Below, one piece after another: positions 1-7,664 of a stretch of 64,000 nt of DNA (its first letter is position 1; every line of letters starts with the position of its first letter). The stretch comes from a virus. A program made the position numbers and the translations under genes. Location of the stretch: the IMG/VR virus record IMGVR_UViG_3300030102_005172, positions 1 through 64,000 of that record, one strand, 5' to 3'. The notes below the pieces were generated by a model. The model saw only the letters and a list, made by a program, of their open reading frames with translations. It was not told the origin of the DNA and searched no databases.

Positions 1-42
1 CTCATCGATGAGGTTTTGATATTGACTATCTAATCTATTCAT
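1..42 (-). CDS. 5' end of a gene running off the window; possibly thymidylate synthase (MNRLDSQYQNLIDE...)
   Basis: ATG at 42 just downstream of a promoter at 60-91; only 14 codons visible, resembling the ThyA N-terminal QY..L...I helix. Confidence 0.3.
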   Translation of the reverse strand, partial: MNRLDSQYQNLIDE

Positions 43-59
43 AACTTATATTACTGTAT

Positions 60-91
60 GTAATATACAAAATTTATCTGACAATTCCAAA
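60..91 (-). promoter_or_regulatory. Bacteroidetes-type housekeeping-sigma promoter
   Basis: minus strand TTTG-N20-TATATTAC; same spacing in about 14 intergenic sites. Confidence 0.7.
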
Positions 92-93
92 TA

Positions 94-327
94 TTATTTC
101 TGGTTTTTTGATTTGAATCTTGTTGCTTCGGATGTCTTACTATGTTTAGTCTTTCTACCCTTAACTCTTTTACGCCACCTTTCAAATGAACTTCTCTTCA
201 GATTCTCTCTCATAATCTTACGAACATCATTCTCTTTGATTCCGAACTGATGTTCAATAGCTTCAAAGGGAGTTCTATCTTCCCATGCCATTTCTATGAT
301 TCTATCTATATCTAATGTGTAACTCAT
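94..327 (-). CDS. TIGR03643/DUF2805 family protein
   Basis: IDRIIEMAWEDRTPFEAI..QFG...SSF..WRKRV.GRKTKH signature; start moved to ATG at 327. Confidence 0.8.
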   Translation of the reverse strand: MSYTLDIDRIIEMAWEDRTPFEAIEHQFGIKENDVRKIMRENLKRSSFERWRKRVKGRKTKHSKTSEATRFKSKNQK

Positions 328-361
328 AACCGATGATAGTCCCGAATAGGAACAATGAAAC

Positions 362-544
362 TTAGACCCCATATTTCTTTTTGTATTTTTCCAAGAATGA
401 TTTACCAACTCCAATCTGAAGTATGTTACTTCCTTGTGGAATCCTTTGACTTCTTGGTGCGATTAATTTATCTACATGAAGGTCAAACGCCTCCACTCTA
501 ACCTTCCTACCTCGTGGTGGAATATACGCTACTATCGTTTGCAT
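362..544 (-). CDS. hypothetical protein
   Basis: ORF track; packed between neighbours. Confidence 0.6.
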   Translation of the reverse strand: MQTIVAYIPPRGRKVRVEAFDLHVDKLIAPRSQRIPQGSNILQIGVGKSFLEKYKKKYGV

Positions 545-798
545 ACTTTTGTTAACCCTTTATTGGTTTGATATTTCTTTGAACTTGGCACTTGTCGTGT
601 TTCAAGAGTTTCGTTAACATATTCTTTAAAATATTCAGCACCTTTAAATCCTTTTGATGGTGGATATAAATTATCTTCATTTTCCATAAAGAATATACAC
701 ATCTTTGAAACATCTTCAAATGATACTGCTCTTCCATGATATTTAAGTATCCTATCTTGAGGACCTTTTCTTCCTTTTATTATTTCCCATTTTTTCAT
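532..798 (-). CDS. hypothetical protein
   Basis: ORF track; ATG at 798 coupled to the upstream stop. Confidence 0.65.
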   Translation of the reverse strand: MKKWEIIKGRKGPQDRILKYHGRAVSFEDVSKMCIFFMENEDNLYPPSKGFKGAEYFKEYVNETLETRQVPSSKKYQTNKGLTKVCKR

Positions 799-929
799 AA
801 ACAATTGTTTTTGTACATAAAGATATCATCTACTATGTAATTAATATTTAGCTTAGCTTGTTTGATGTTGTTCTCATCAATCAATTCTTTAATCTTTTTT
901 AGTCTTTGTATTATTTCGTCACCACTCAT
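795..929 (-). CDS. small hypothetical protein (44 aa, MSGDEIIQRLKKIKELID...)
   Basis: translated by hand; fills the gap with ATGA overlaps at both ends. Confidence 0.6.
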   Translation of the reverse strand: MSGDEIIQRLKKIKELIDENNIKQAKLNINYIVDDIFMYKNNCL

Positions 930-1198
930 AAATGTCTGTTGTCTAAATGAATTATTTTACCTAAGTGAAGTTCCCACTTGTCTGTAAGTTTCTTGTCGAT
1001 ACATTCAACTACCATGTGTGTAGGGTTCTTGTGATACGCATACTGAAAGTATATGTATTTGATATCTTTGTCTTTCAATCGTTTGGTCCAATAGGGTGTA
1101 TTGTCTCTATACTCTATTGGTTTAGTCCCATTCATGATTCTTTCAAATGGGTCTCTCATCAGAACTAAATGTAAAACTTCTTTATCTTTCCAAATCAT
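926..1198 (-). CDS. ASCH/PUA-like domain protein
   Basis: LHL.L....F..I..GTK..EYR...YW..RL ASCH motif. Confidence 0.75.
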   Translation of the reverse strand: MIWKDKEVLHLVLMRDPFERIMNGTKPIEYRDNTPYWTKRLKDKDIKYIYFQYAYHKNPTHMVVECIDKKLTDKWELHLGKIIHLDNRHL

Positions 1199-1374
1199 TT
1201 CCAAGGTAGCATTGTCATGCCGATTTTATTTAATAAGGTTTCTACTATACAGAAGAATAACATCCCTACTCCTACTTGCCACATCCACCATTTCCATCCT
1301 GTTAGTCCTAATGACCATTTACGGATTGGTGACTTCATTGCGTATCCGTATAGTTTTTCTTTTAACTTTTTCAT
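1195..1374 (-). CDS. small Trp-rich membrane protein (59 aa)
   Basis: hand translation MKKLKEKLYGYAMKSPIRKWSLGLTGWKWWMWQVGVGMLFFCIVE...; ATGA overlaps. Confidence 0.6.
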   Translation of the reverse strand: MKKLKEKLYGYAMKSPIRKWSLGLTGWKWWMWQVGVGMLFFCIVETLLNKIGMTMLPWK

Positions 1375-1496
1375 TTCTTTTTCTTTTTTTTCTTAGGTAT
1401 AATATTACCCTTCTCATCTACTTCAGGCGCTATGTGCATTTCATACACAATCCACAACCATATTACTGCTAATGTTCCTATTACTACTTTTATCAT
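1371..1496 (-). CDS. small membrane protein with Lys-rich tail
   Basis: 3' part of ORF-track 1371..1553 starting at MIKVVIG; one TM segment. Confidence 0.5.
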   Translation of the reverse strand: MIKVVIGTLAVIWLWIVYEMHIAPEVDEKGNIIPKKKKKKK

Positions 1497-1624
1497 AATC
1501 CTAATTTTGAACCCAAGAAAAACAAACCTAATATTAGTATAGCGATAACACATGCGGCTGATATACTAATACCAATTGTTAATTGTATCATGTTGATTAT
1601 ATTTTGTCTTTCTTTCTTTTTCAT
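1493..1624 (-). CDS. small single-TM protein (43 aa)
   Basis: hand translation MKKKERQNIINMIQLTIGISISAACVIAILILGLFFLGSKLGL. Confidence 0.5.
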   Translation of the reverse strand: MKKKERQNIINMIQLTIGISISAACVIAILILGLFFLGSKLGL

Positions 1625-1627
1625 ACT

Positions 1628-2071
1628 CTACTCAATTGTGGGGTCACCATATGGTATATCATCATAGTCGTAACCACCTTTCCATTTATCTAATTTTCTG
1701 TATCTTAATTTCTTTGGTTGAAACAAAGGTATAGTTACAGACATTGTAATCCCACCCATCGTTGTGGCTAGGATATCTCGATGGTCTACATATCCACCTC
1801 GGATACCACCATCGTATAATTCTTTCATTACTCCTGCCGCAAACGCCGTACACAAGCCAGTTATCATGGCTCTCTTTTTATTTTGATGTTTGTTGTAGGA
1901 CCAAGTATAACCCAATGCTGATGTAATCATTCCAGCACCAAAGTGTAATTGTTTGTCAGGTTCTTGTAGGATGAATTGTTGACCATGATTCTCGGTGGTC
2001 ATTAAAAATATAATACCTAACATTAGTATTAATCTCACTATCCAATTCCTTATGTGTTTGAGAGTTACCAT
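1628..2071 (-). CDS. YfiM/DUF2279-like membrane protein
   Basis: DK.LHF.AG ... G..KELYD ... D.LAT..G motifs, hydrophobic helices. Confidence 0.65.
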   Translation of the reverse strand: MVTLKHIRNWIVRLILMLGIIFLMTTENHGQQFILQEPDKQLHFGAGMITSALGYTWSYNKHQNKKRAMITGLCTAFAAGVMKELYDGGIRGGYVDHRDILATTMGGITMSVTIPLFQPKKLRYRKLDKWKGGYDYDDIPYGDPTIE

Positions 2072-2080
2072 AACTTGTTA

Positions 2081-2578
2081 TTAATATATATCTTTTTTCC
2101 AGTTTTTAAATTCATCCTTTAACATAAGGTATCCACCATGTAGTCTTGCCTTGTCCCAATACCTTTTAAATATCTTTGCGGATAGTGCTTTCTCTGATGT
2201 ATCCCAATCTTCTTCTTGAGGTAACACTTTCCATTTACCCATAGACTTCTTCCACTTGACGCCAGACTTATGGTTTGCGTATCGTCTACTTCGTGTGAAA
2301 CCCATGTGTAAATACTTCTTCGCCATATCTGCTCCAACGAAGTCACCTTCCGAAAGATAACTAATAAACATCTTGTATATAGTCTCTGCAGATTTCTCTG
2401 CTACCTTTGGATTCTTAAATCGCCAATGTTTACCGATATCTGATTTATATGGTTCACATACAAGGACACCTTGTTGGCCTCTACCTATTTCGTATAGTTG
2501 AGGTTCTCTCTCGTAATCTACTTTGGATGACCACTTGTAAGTCTTGTGGTTGAATCCTACATAACTTGGTTGTTTCAT
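2081..2578 (-). CDS. DUF4385 family protein
   Basis: GRGQQGVL.CEPYKS...HWRFK ... DFVGADMAKKYL.MGFTRSRRYANH. Confidence 0.8.
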   Translation of the reverse strand: MKQPSYVGFNHKTYKWSSKVDYEREPQLYEIGRGQQGVLVCEPYKSDIGKHWRFKNPKVAEKSAETIYKMFISYLSEGDFVGADMAKKYLHMGFTRSRRYANHKSGVKWKKSMGKWKVLPQEEDWDTSEKALSAKIFKRYWDKARLHGGYLMLKDEFKNWKKDIY

Positions 2579-3042
2579 TTTATTTTTTCTGCATTTAATT
2601 CATTGATTAGTTTGTTTACATTAGTACCCCAATGACCATGAATCGATTTGTTGCCAGTTGATTTCTTTTTTAGATGAGGTATAATATCTTTAGTAGGGAC
2701 TCTATATATCTCTTTGATATCAACACCATCCCTAATACAAAAGTACATATCTTCAGTTTGACTATATTGGTTAATCTTGTTTTCTGATAACCAATGAAAC
2801 TGAAATGTTCCTTTACCTTTACTCCTTGTGTTTATAGCTTTGTACTCAACAGGTTTTTTCTTGTTAGAATCATAAGCGTCACCACCTTGTGTGTTGTTAC
2901 CATAGTCATGACCTAATTCATTAGCCATGAATAGTTCTACAAACCTTTCGTTGTAGAAGATATTCTCAAGACCTAATTCGTCTTGTGCGATGTCTTGTGC
3001 CTCTTTCAAGAGACTCTTAATTTTCGTTACTGCTTTATTCAT
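2575..3042 (-). CDS. PvuII-like PD-(D/E)XK endonuclease
   Basis: 155 aa; G.DA.D....EYKAIN, F.FH...KI..Y and I.EIYR segments are collinear with R.PvuII as recalled. Confidence 0.6.
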   Translation of the reverse strand: MNKAVTKIKSLLKEAQDIAQDELGLENIFYNERFVELFMANELGHDYGNNTQGGDAYDSNKKKPVEYKAINTRSKGKGTFQFHWLSENKINQYSQTEDMYFCIRDGVDIKEIYRVPTKDIIPHLKKKSTGNKSIHGHWGTNVNKLINELNAEKIK

Positions 3043-3057
3043 ATCGTATATCTGTTA

Positions 3058-3243
3058 TTAGTTAACCGAGTGTAATTTAAAACCAATAACAGGTTTGTAG
3101 CCAGTCAACTCGTCTTGTTTGTTTTGTATTGACAACTTTATGTTGACGAGGTTCTGAACATTCTTTTCGTTTTCTAACCATTCTGAAAACAAATGGTGTA
3201 GTACATAGTTTTTAATTTTCTTTATCATATTATTATTATTCAA
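3058..3243 (-). CDS. hypothetical protein
   Basis: ORF track. Confidence 0.55.
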   Translation of the reverse strand: MNNNNMIKKIKNYVLHHLFSEWLENEKNVQNLVNIKLSIQNKQDELTGYKPVIGFKLHSVN

Positions 3244-3445
3244 TTGTTATTATTTGGTAAGGGTCAATTATTGCGTTGTTCCATTCTTTACTAAATGGTA
3301 AGAAGGTCGGAGCACTTATACAGATACATCCATTCAAGTCAAGTTCAGGTACATCATCGTACTTATCGAGACTTGTTACTATTCCTGGTAGTAACCTACC
3401 ATACTTGTCTTTCCAAGTTATTTTGTCGTTTACTTTTACATTCAT
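3236..3445 (-). CDS. hypothetical protein (SH3/KOW-like start)
   Basis: ORF track; VKVNDKITW motif. Confidence 0.55.
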   Translation of the reverse strand: MNVKVNDKITWKDKYGRLLPGIVTSLDKYDDVPELDLNGCICISAPTFLPFSKEWNNAIIDPYQIITIE

Positions 3446-3456
3446 AATTTTTAATT

Positions 3457-3843
3457 TTAAATAAATAATTTGTAATCTTTTTCGAAACTAATCGCTTCTT
3501 TCTCGTATGGGTGAGATACATAATCATGACCCATGTTGTAATATCTTTTGAACCAAATCGGTGATTGTAAGTAGTGGATGTATTCGTGAATCAAAGTCTG
3601 AACAACCATCTTCTTACTTTTCATATTAGGATAGTAGATAGTAATCTCGTTCATGTCACTACAATACTCAGCGTGACATCCATCCTCATCACCACTAGCA
3701 CCTTCTTCGCCAGAATACTTTTCGTAAATGTTTCTGTGTAACTCAACATAAGGAGTACACTCTTGAAACTTTGAGAATCCGTAATGTTCTTCTATCTTCG
3801 GAAGAACCTCATCTACTATTTTTTGAACTTTTGATTTTATCAT
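3457..3843 (-). CDS. HExxH zincin-like metallopeptidase
   Basis: TLIHEYIHYLQ plus downstream PYEKEA. Confidence 0.7.
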   Translation of the reverse strand: MIKSKVQKIVDEVLPKIEEHYGFSKFQECTPYVELHRNIYEKYSGEEGASGDEDGCHAEYCSDMNEITIYYPNMKSKKMVVQTLIHEYIHYLQSPIWFKRYYNMGHDYVSHPYEKEAISFEKDYKLFI

Positions 3844-3862
3844 ATCTCTTAATCTTACACTA

Positions 3863-3918
3863 CTAATGTACGCAAAATAAATGAAACGGCCAAACTTCTA
3901 ATGTTAAATTTATGTTAA
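3863..3918 (-). promoter_or_regulatory. promoter with upstream TTAACA-N5-TTAACA repeat
   Basis: TTTG(3891-3894)-N20-TACATTAG; plus-strand TGTTAA at 3902 and 3913. Confidence 0.7.
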
Positions 3919-4256
3919 ATTTTGCTTTTAAATAAAGTTGAGGTTCTAACTTCTTCCCATCCTTTATCTTTGTAGAATCCATATGTACTTGGAAAACAAT
4001 AGGTAACTACATTCCACCCTTTAAGGTTTTCTTTACAGAACTCCATTCTAGCGTTCCATAGTTTTGTGTAAATACCTTTACCTCTGTATTCTTCTTTTAC
4101 ATATGCGTTAGCGAACTTGATTGTATCGTGTGATTCAAATACGAGAGAGTTCCACCCTATTGCCTCACCTTCGTAGATGGCAATCCACCCACATTCCGAT
4201 TTGGGAGTCGGTACAGAGTCGGGCAGCTTGTAGGGTACTATCGTTACATTCATCAA
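3915..4256 (-). CDS. GNAT acetyltransferase
   Basis: YVKEEYRGKGIYTKL acetyl-CoA motif A; FYKDKGW. Confidence 0.8.
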   Translation of the reverse strand: MMNVTIVPYKLPDSVPTPKSECGWIAIYEGEAIGWNSLVFESHDTIKFANAYVKEEYRGKGIYTKLWNARMEFCKENLKGWNVVTYCFPSTYGFYKDKGWEEVRTSTLFKSKI

Positions 4257-4305
4257 ATGAGCTCATATATAATCTCGTTAGTTCAAAAAAATAAATATGT
4301 AGATT

Positions 4306-5193
4306 TTAGTTATTACCTCTACTACCTCTTGAAGAGCCACCTGATGAAGAACCACCGCTACTTCTAATCACACCACTACCTCTATTAAATGTTGGTGGTG
4401 GACTTGAGTTGATATTGTTGTTAACAGGAACAGAAGGTCTACCATATGATGGTCGTGTGTTAGTATCAATTATTATGTTGTTATTATTATTGATAGGTTT
4501 AACAACTCGTGTACCATCGTTAGGGTTTGAGTTGACATTAACACGAATGTTATTGTTTCTACTCCAATTGATAACATCGTTAATAACTCTGTTAGGTTTG
4601 TTAGGATATACTCTGTTGTTTCTTCTTCTATTAGTATCTTGTTCTATATTAGAGTTACCAACAAAGTTTCTACTTCCTCGTCTACCAACTACAAAAGAGT
4701 AATTATTACTTGCTATCAGAGGTTCATTGTACCAACTGTATTGATAGTGATTCCAACCATACCAACCTTGTGGATGTGGATAATACCAATTATAGTATCT
4801 ATGATGTCTCACCCACCATGGATGGTCATATCCAAACCAAGGATAGTTCCATGCCCAATTAGTCCAGAACTGATGACTATGAAAGTAAACATCAAATCTA
4901 TTGTAAGGTCGCCAGATACCATCGAGTCTTGGATTGTTGTAATACCAAGATAGTGGTTGGTTCATCGCATATTGTGCAAAGTCCCATCTGAAGTTAAAGT
5001 CGGTTCTTAGTTTTCTCTTGAGTTGAAATAAATTGTTAATAGTATCTATCTTAGTATCTTGAGGTACTTCCAAATAAATTGGATACATATCGTCAGACTC
5101 GTAAATACCATCTGAACCTAAAGTACTAATCTGATACTGAACACCACAACTCAAGAATAGTAAAGTGAATAGTATAGTTAATAGTTGTCTCAT
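4306..5193 (-). CDS. lipoprotein with aromatic-rich core and Asn/Ser/Gly/Arg low-complexity tail
   Basis: signal peptide with LFLSC lipobox; W/Y/H-rich middle; disordered C-terminus. Confidence 0.65.
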   Translation of the reverse strand: MRQLLTILFTLLFLSCGVQYQISTLGSDGIYESDDMYPIYLEVPQDTKIDTINNLFQLKRKLRTDFNFRWDFAQYAMNQPLSWYYNNPRLDGIWRPYNRFDVYFHSHQFWTNWAWNYPWFGYDHPWWVRHHRYYNWYYPHPQGWYGWNHYQYSWYNEPLIASNNYSFVVGRRGSRNFVGNSNIEQDTNRRRNNRVYPNKPNRVINDVINWSRNNNIRVNVNSNPNDGTRVVKPINNNNNIIIDTNTRPSYGRPSVPVNNNINSSPPPTFNRGSGVIRSSGGSSSGGSSRGSRGNN

Positions 5194-5218
5194 ATACATA
5201 AATATGAGAATAAAATAA

Positions 5219-5362
5219 TTACATCTTAAATGTAAGTATATTACTCTTTAAAGAATAAGACTTCGCAGGTACACCGAATCGCCAGTAACAGTACTTTGTA
5301 CCTTCGTCAATTTCTGACTTTGTGATATTACCTACCTTCTTTAACATTATTACTTTTTTCAT
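5219..5362 (-). CDS. small hypothetical protein (47 aa, MKKVIMLKKVGNITKSEIDEGTKYCYWRFG...)
   Basis: hand translation; below ORF-track cutoff. Confidence 0.45.
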   Translation of the reverse strand: MKKVIMLKKVGNITKSEIDEGTKYCYWRFGVPAKSYSLKSNILTFKM

Positions 5363-5522
5363 CTTGGGTTTCCAAGTGACATTGATTCCTTTTAACATAT
5401 ATTTGGGGTTTTAAATTAAACAAAAATTTCGTGGACATCAAAGATACTAATACTACATATACTACTACATAGGTATAGACTAATAATAATCCAGCTAATA
5501 ATAATATAGATAAACTATATAG

Positions 5523-5596
5523 TGACCGAGGAAGGACTCGAACCTTCAACCGATAGCTTAGAAGGCTATTGCTCTATCCAATTGAGCTACTCGGCC
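5523..5596 (-). tRNA. tRNA-Arg (anticodon UCU), CCA not encoded
   Basis: GGCCGAG/CTCGGTC acceptor, GCTC/GAGC D arm, ATAGC-CTTCTAA-GCTAT anticodon arm, GAAGG-TTCGAGT-CCTTC T arm. Confidence 0.95.
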
Positions 5597-5620
5597 ATAA
5601 CCTTAAATAACTTTACATAG

Positions 5621-5676
5621 TAAAGATAAGTAAAATAATCCACATATCCAAACTTTTAATGTTAACAAATTGTAAA
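5621..5676 (-). promoter_or_regulatory. promoter for the tRNA, with upstream direct repeat
   Basis: TTTG(5649-5652)-N20-TATCTTTA; TGTTAA/TGTAAA at 5660 and 5671. Confidence 0.7.
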
Positions 5677-6264
5677 CTTTTCAACAAAGTTATTAACAAT
5701 CCCACTAAATGAGCTAAATAAAAAGGGGCTAATTCAGTAGAATACTGGCTCAGAGGGGACTTTTCCGTAGAGTAAAAAACCGACCCCGGTATATAAACGA
5801 CTCACAGGCGGTTGTAACTTGCTGATTACCAGAGGATTACGGCAAAATAACCCCCCGCGGCTACCTTGCCACCTCGCCGGCTGGCGCCGGCTCGCCTACT
5901 CCGTAGGGGTGGAGTAAGTGGTGGATGGTTATTCTTACCCCTCTCTCAGGGCCAGCGGGGCCAGACCTGTCAGCCCTGGGCAATCTGGGCCAGCCCTGCC
6001 AGACCAGGGTGGACTGGGCTGTGACTGTAGGACTGTTTAGCTGATTTAATTTTAGCTTATTTAAACGCCTATATACCTATGTCTCTCTGTATACCTATGT
6101 ATTCTTATACTATATATGGGCGTTATTTAGCTATTTTTATTTTATTTCACCGCAAGGTTCTCTAGTGTGTTTTATGTCCATGCGGGATTTTTTAGGACGG
6201 CATGTACTCTGGCAATATAAATATACTAAATTTAATACACTCTGGCAAGGAAAATCGGCAAAAG

Positions 6265-6424
6265 TTTTCAACAAGTTATTAACAATTGTGGATAACTAAC
6301 TGATTGCCAGGCCTTTAGATACCTCAACCTCAACCAATACTTTAACTTTTTTACGGTTAAAGTGATACTTTAAGCCCTTTTCGCTAGAAAAAAGTTATCA
6401 ACAACCGCAAAAAAGTTATCAACA
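6265..6424. repeat. cluster of DnaA-box-like 9-mers
   Basis: TTTTCAACA 6265, TTATTAACA 6276, TGTGGATAA 6287 (perfect TTATCCACA on minus), TTATCAACA 6395 and 6416. Confidence 0.6.
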
Positions 6425-6427
6425 TAT

Positions 6428-6469
6428 GTGTTACAAATGGGTGTTACAAAGGCAAAAATGTGTTACAAA
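6428..6469 (+). repeat. three copies of GTGTTACAAA
   Basis: exact 10-mers at 6428, 6441, 6460. Confidence 0.85.
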
Positions 6470-6694
6470 TGCGATTCCCTCAGGAAAAAATCGTCTTGCG
6501 CGAGAAAAACGGCTTGTGCCAGTCTTAATTTCTGTATAATTCGTATATGTGGGGTAAATTAGGTCTGAGTTTATGAAATATGTGGTAAAATCTTATTAGC
6601 GTGGTCTCCCGCTAGGATATCTCGGTCTAGCCCCGTTGTTCTAATTTTAGAAAATACGCATAGATTAAGGAATTATTTGGTGAGAGTTTACCAT

Positions 6695-6733
6695 AAAGTG
6701 GTAAAAAGTGGGATAAAAGGGGAGTTTTTGTGG
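6695..6733 (+). repeat. AAAGTGG phased repeats (MraZ-box-like)
   Basis: AAAGTGGTAA-AAAGTGGGAT-AAAAGGGGAG...GTGGG; GTGG/GGGG at 6698, 6708, 6719, 6730. Confidence 0.5.
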
Positions 6734-6905
6734 GTTATTTATCAAGGTAGTGGAAGATTCGATTCATAATGAACCAAAAAAGGCCAAATAAGAAAATTAC
6801 TTTTAAGATTAACATATCTGAAGATAAGTATCGTCTGAGAACTTGTTTCGATGACTTATATAAGAGGATTTAAGGCCTGTTAAATTTCGTGGGTAATTAA
6901 GGACT

Positions 6906-7121
6906 CTACCCTACGATTATGGTCTTACCTTGATTCCAGCTCGTCATATGGTATCTAAAGTCGTGTAGGTCTAAGAACTCGTGAACTATTCTCCTCATCT
7001 CAGTCGAATTACCATGTATGATTTGTGTGTCAAGATAAGGTTTGTCGTACCCTAAAAGGTTTTGCTCTAAAATAATTTCAGCGTCCTTATGTCTTACTCC
7101 ATGTAGGTCAATTATCTTCAT
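6906..7121 (-). CDS. stand-alone Smr-domain protein
   Basis: IDLHG....DA and IIHGNS, NQG motifs. Confidence 0.75.
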   Translation of the reverse strand: MKIIDLHGVRHKDAEIILEQNLLGYDKPYLDTQIIHGNSTEMRRIVHEFLDLHDFRYHMTSWNQGKTIIVG

Positions 7122-7332
7122 GATAGTACTTTCGTCTTTTCTTAGACATATTACTTAGGTGAAGTAGTGTACCTTGGAGTGTGTCTATATGTGTAAGATA
7201 GTAATGGTCTTTAATTGTATACACCTCACCAAAATTATCTTGAATCTCTATAAAGTCTTCACCAAAGTAAACGGATTTGATTTCTTGCTGTTTCTGGATG
7301 CTCCTGGATGCTAATTCGTTTGTATCTTCCAT
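7108..7332 (-). CDS. hypothetical protein
   Basis: ORF track. Confidence 0.55.
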   Translation of the reverse strand: MEDTNELASRSIQKQQEIKSVYFGEDFIEIQDNFGEVYTIKDHYYLTHIDTLQGTLLHLSNMSKKRRKYYHEDN

Positions 7333-7371
7333 AACCCTATCTATTGCCTTTTATATCGTTTTGAGAGTCAC

Positions 7372-7475
7372 CCCAACCTTTCAACGCCCTCATTCGGCGC
7401 TTGTAGAAAACATTTTGGATTTACTCCGAAATTTTTCTTCGAACACACGACATCGTCCCATCTCACAAGGTCGAG
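7372..7475 (-). ncRNA. candidate structured intergenic RNA
   Basis: closing 9-bp stem CTCGACCTT/AAGGTTGGG plus internal hairpins TTCGAAG/TTTCGGA and AGCGCC/GGCGTT. Confidence 0.3.
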
Positions 7476-7664
7476 TTAGTTGTCGTTTCTTGATTGTAAC
7501 TCATCTATTATTTCTTCTTCTTTTATATCGAAGTCCATGATGAATGGTTTTTCACAAAGGTCAATCATTCTCCATCTTAACTCCTCACGAGAGTCTACGA
7601 TTGACTGCGATGTTTTACGAACTCTATTTCCTACTGATTTTAATACTTCTTTTACTGTTTTCAC
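7476..7664 (-). CDS. hypothetical protein
   Basis: ORF track; GTGA overlap with upstream gene. Confidence 0.55.
   Translation of the reverse strand: MKTVKEVLKSVGNRVRKTSQSIVDSREELRWRMIDLCEKPFIMDFDIKEEEIIDELQSRNDN

Larger units (their letters stand above)
5678..6900. other. ~1.2-kb non-coding control region (candidate origin/terminus/ncRNA locus)
   Basis: no ORF of 60 aa or more; GC-rich core 5750-6030; several classes of short repeats. Confidence 0.7.

Noticed and set aside
3893-3920. TTATGTTAAAT exact XerD arm (also at 43605-43615) suggesting dif sites
   Set aside because: No XerC arm ending ATAA at 6-bp spacing; explained by the promoter-upstream repeat
5328-5549. 73-aa ORF as listed in the track
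   Set aside because: Its start lies inside the tRNA-Arg gene; at most a shorter downstream peptide is real
5678-6733. CRISPR array
   Set aside because: Repeats are 9-15 bp and irregularly spaced; no cas genes (the Cas4-like nuclease at 42613 is a typical stand-alone phage exonuclease)
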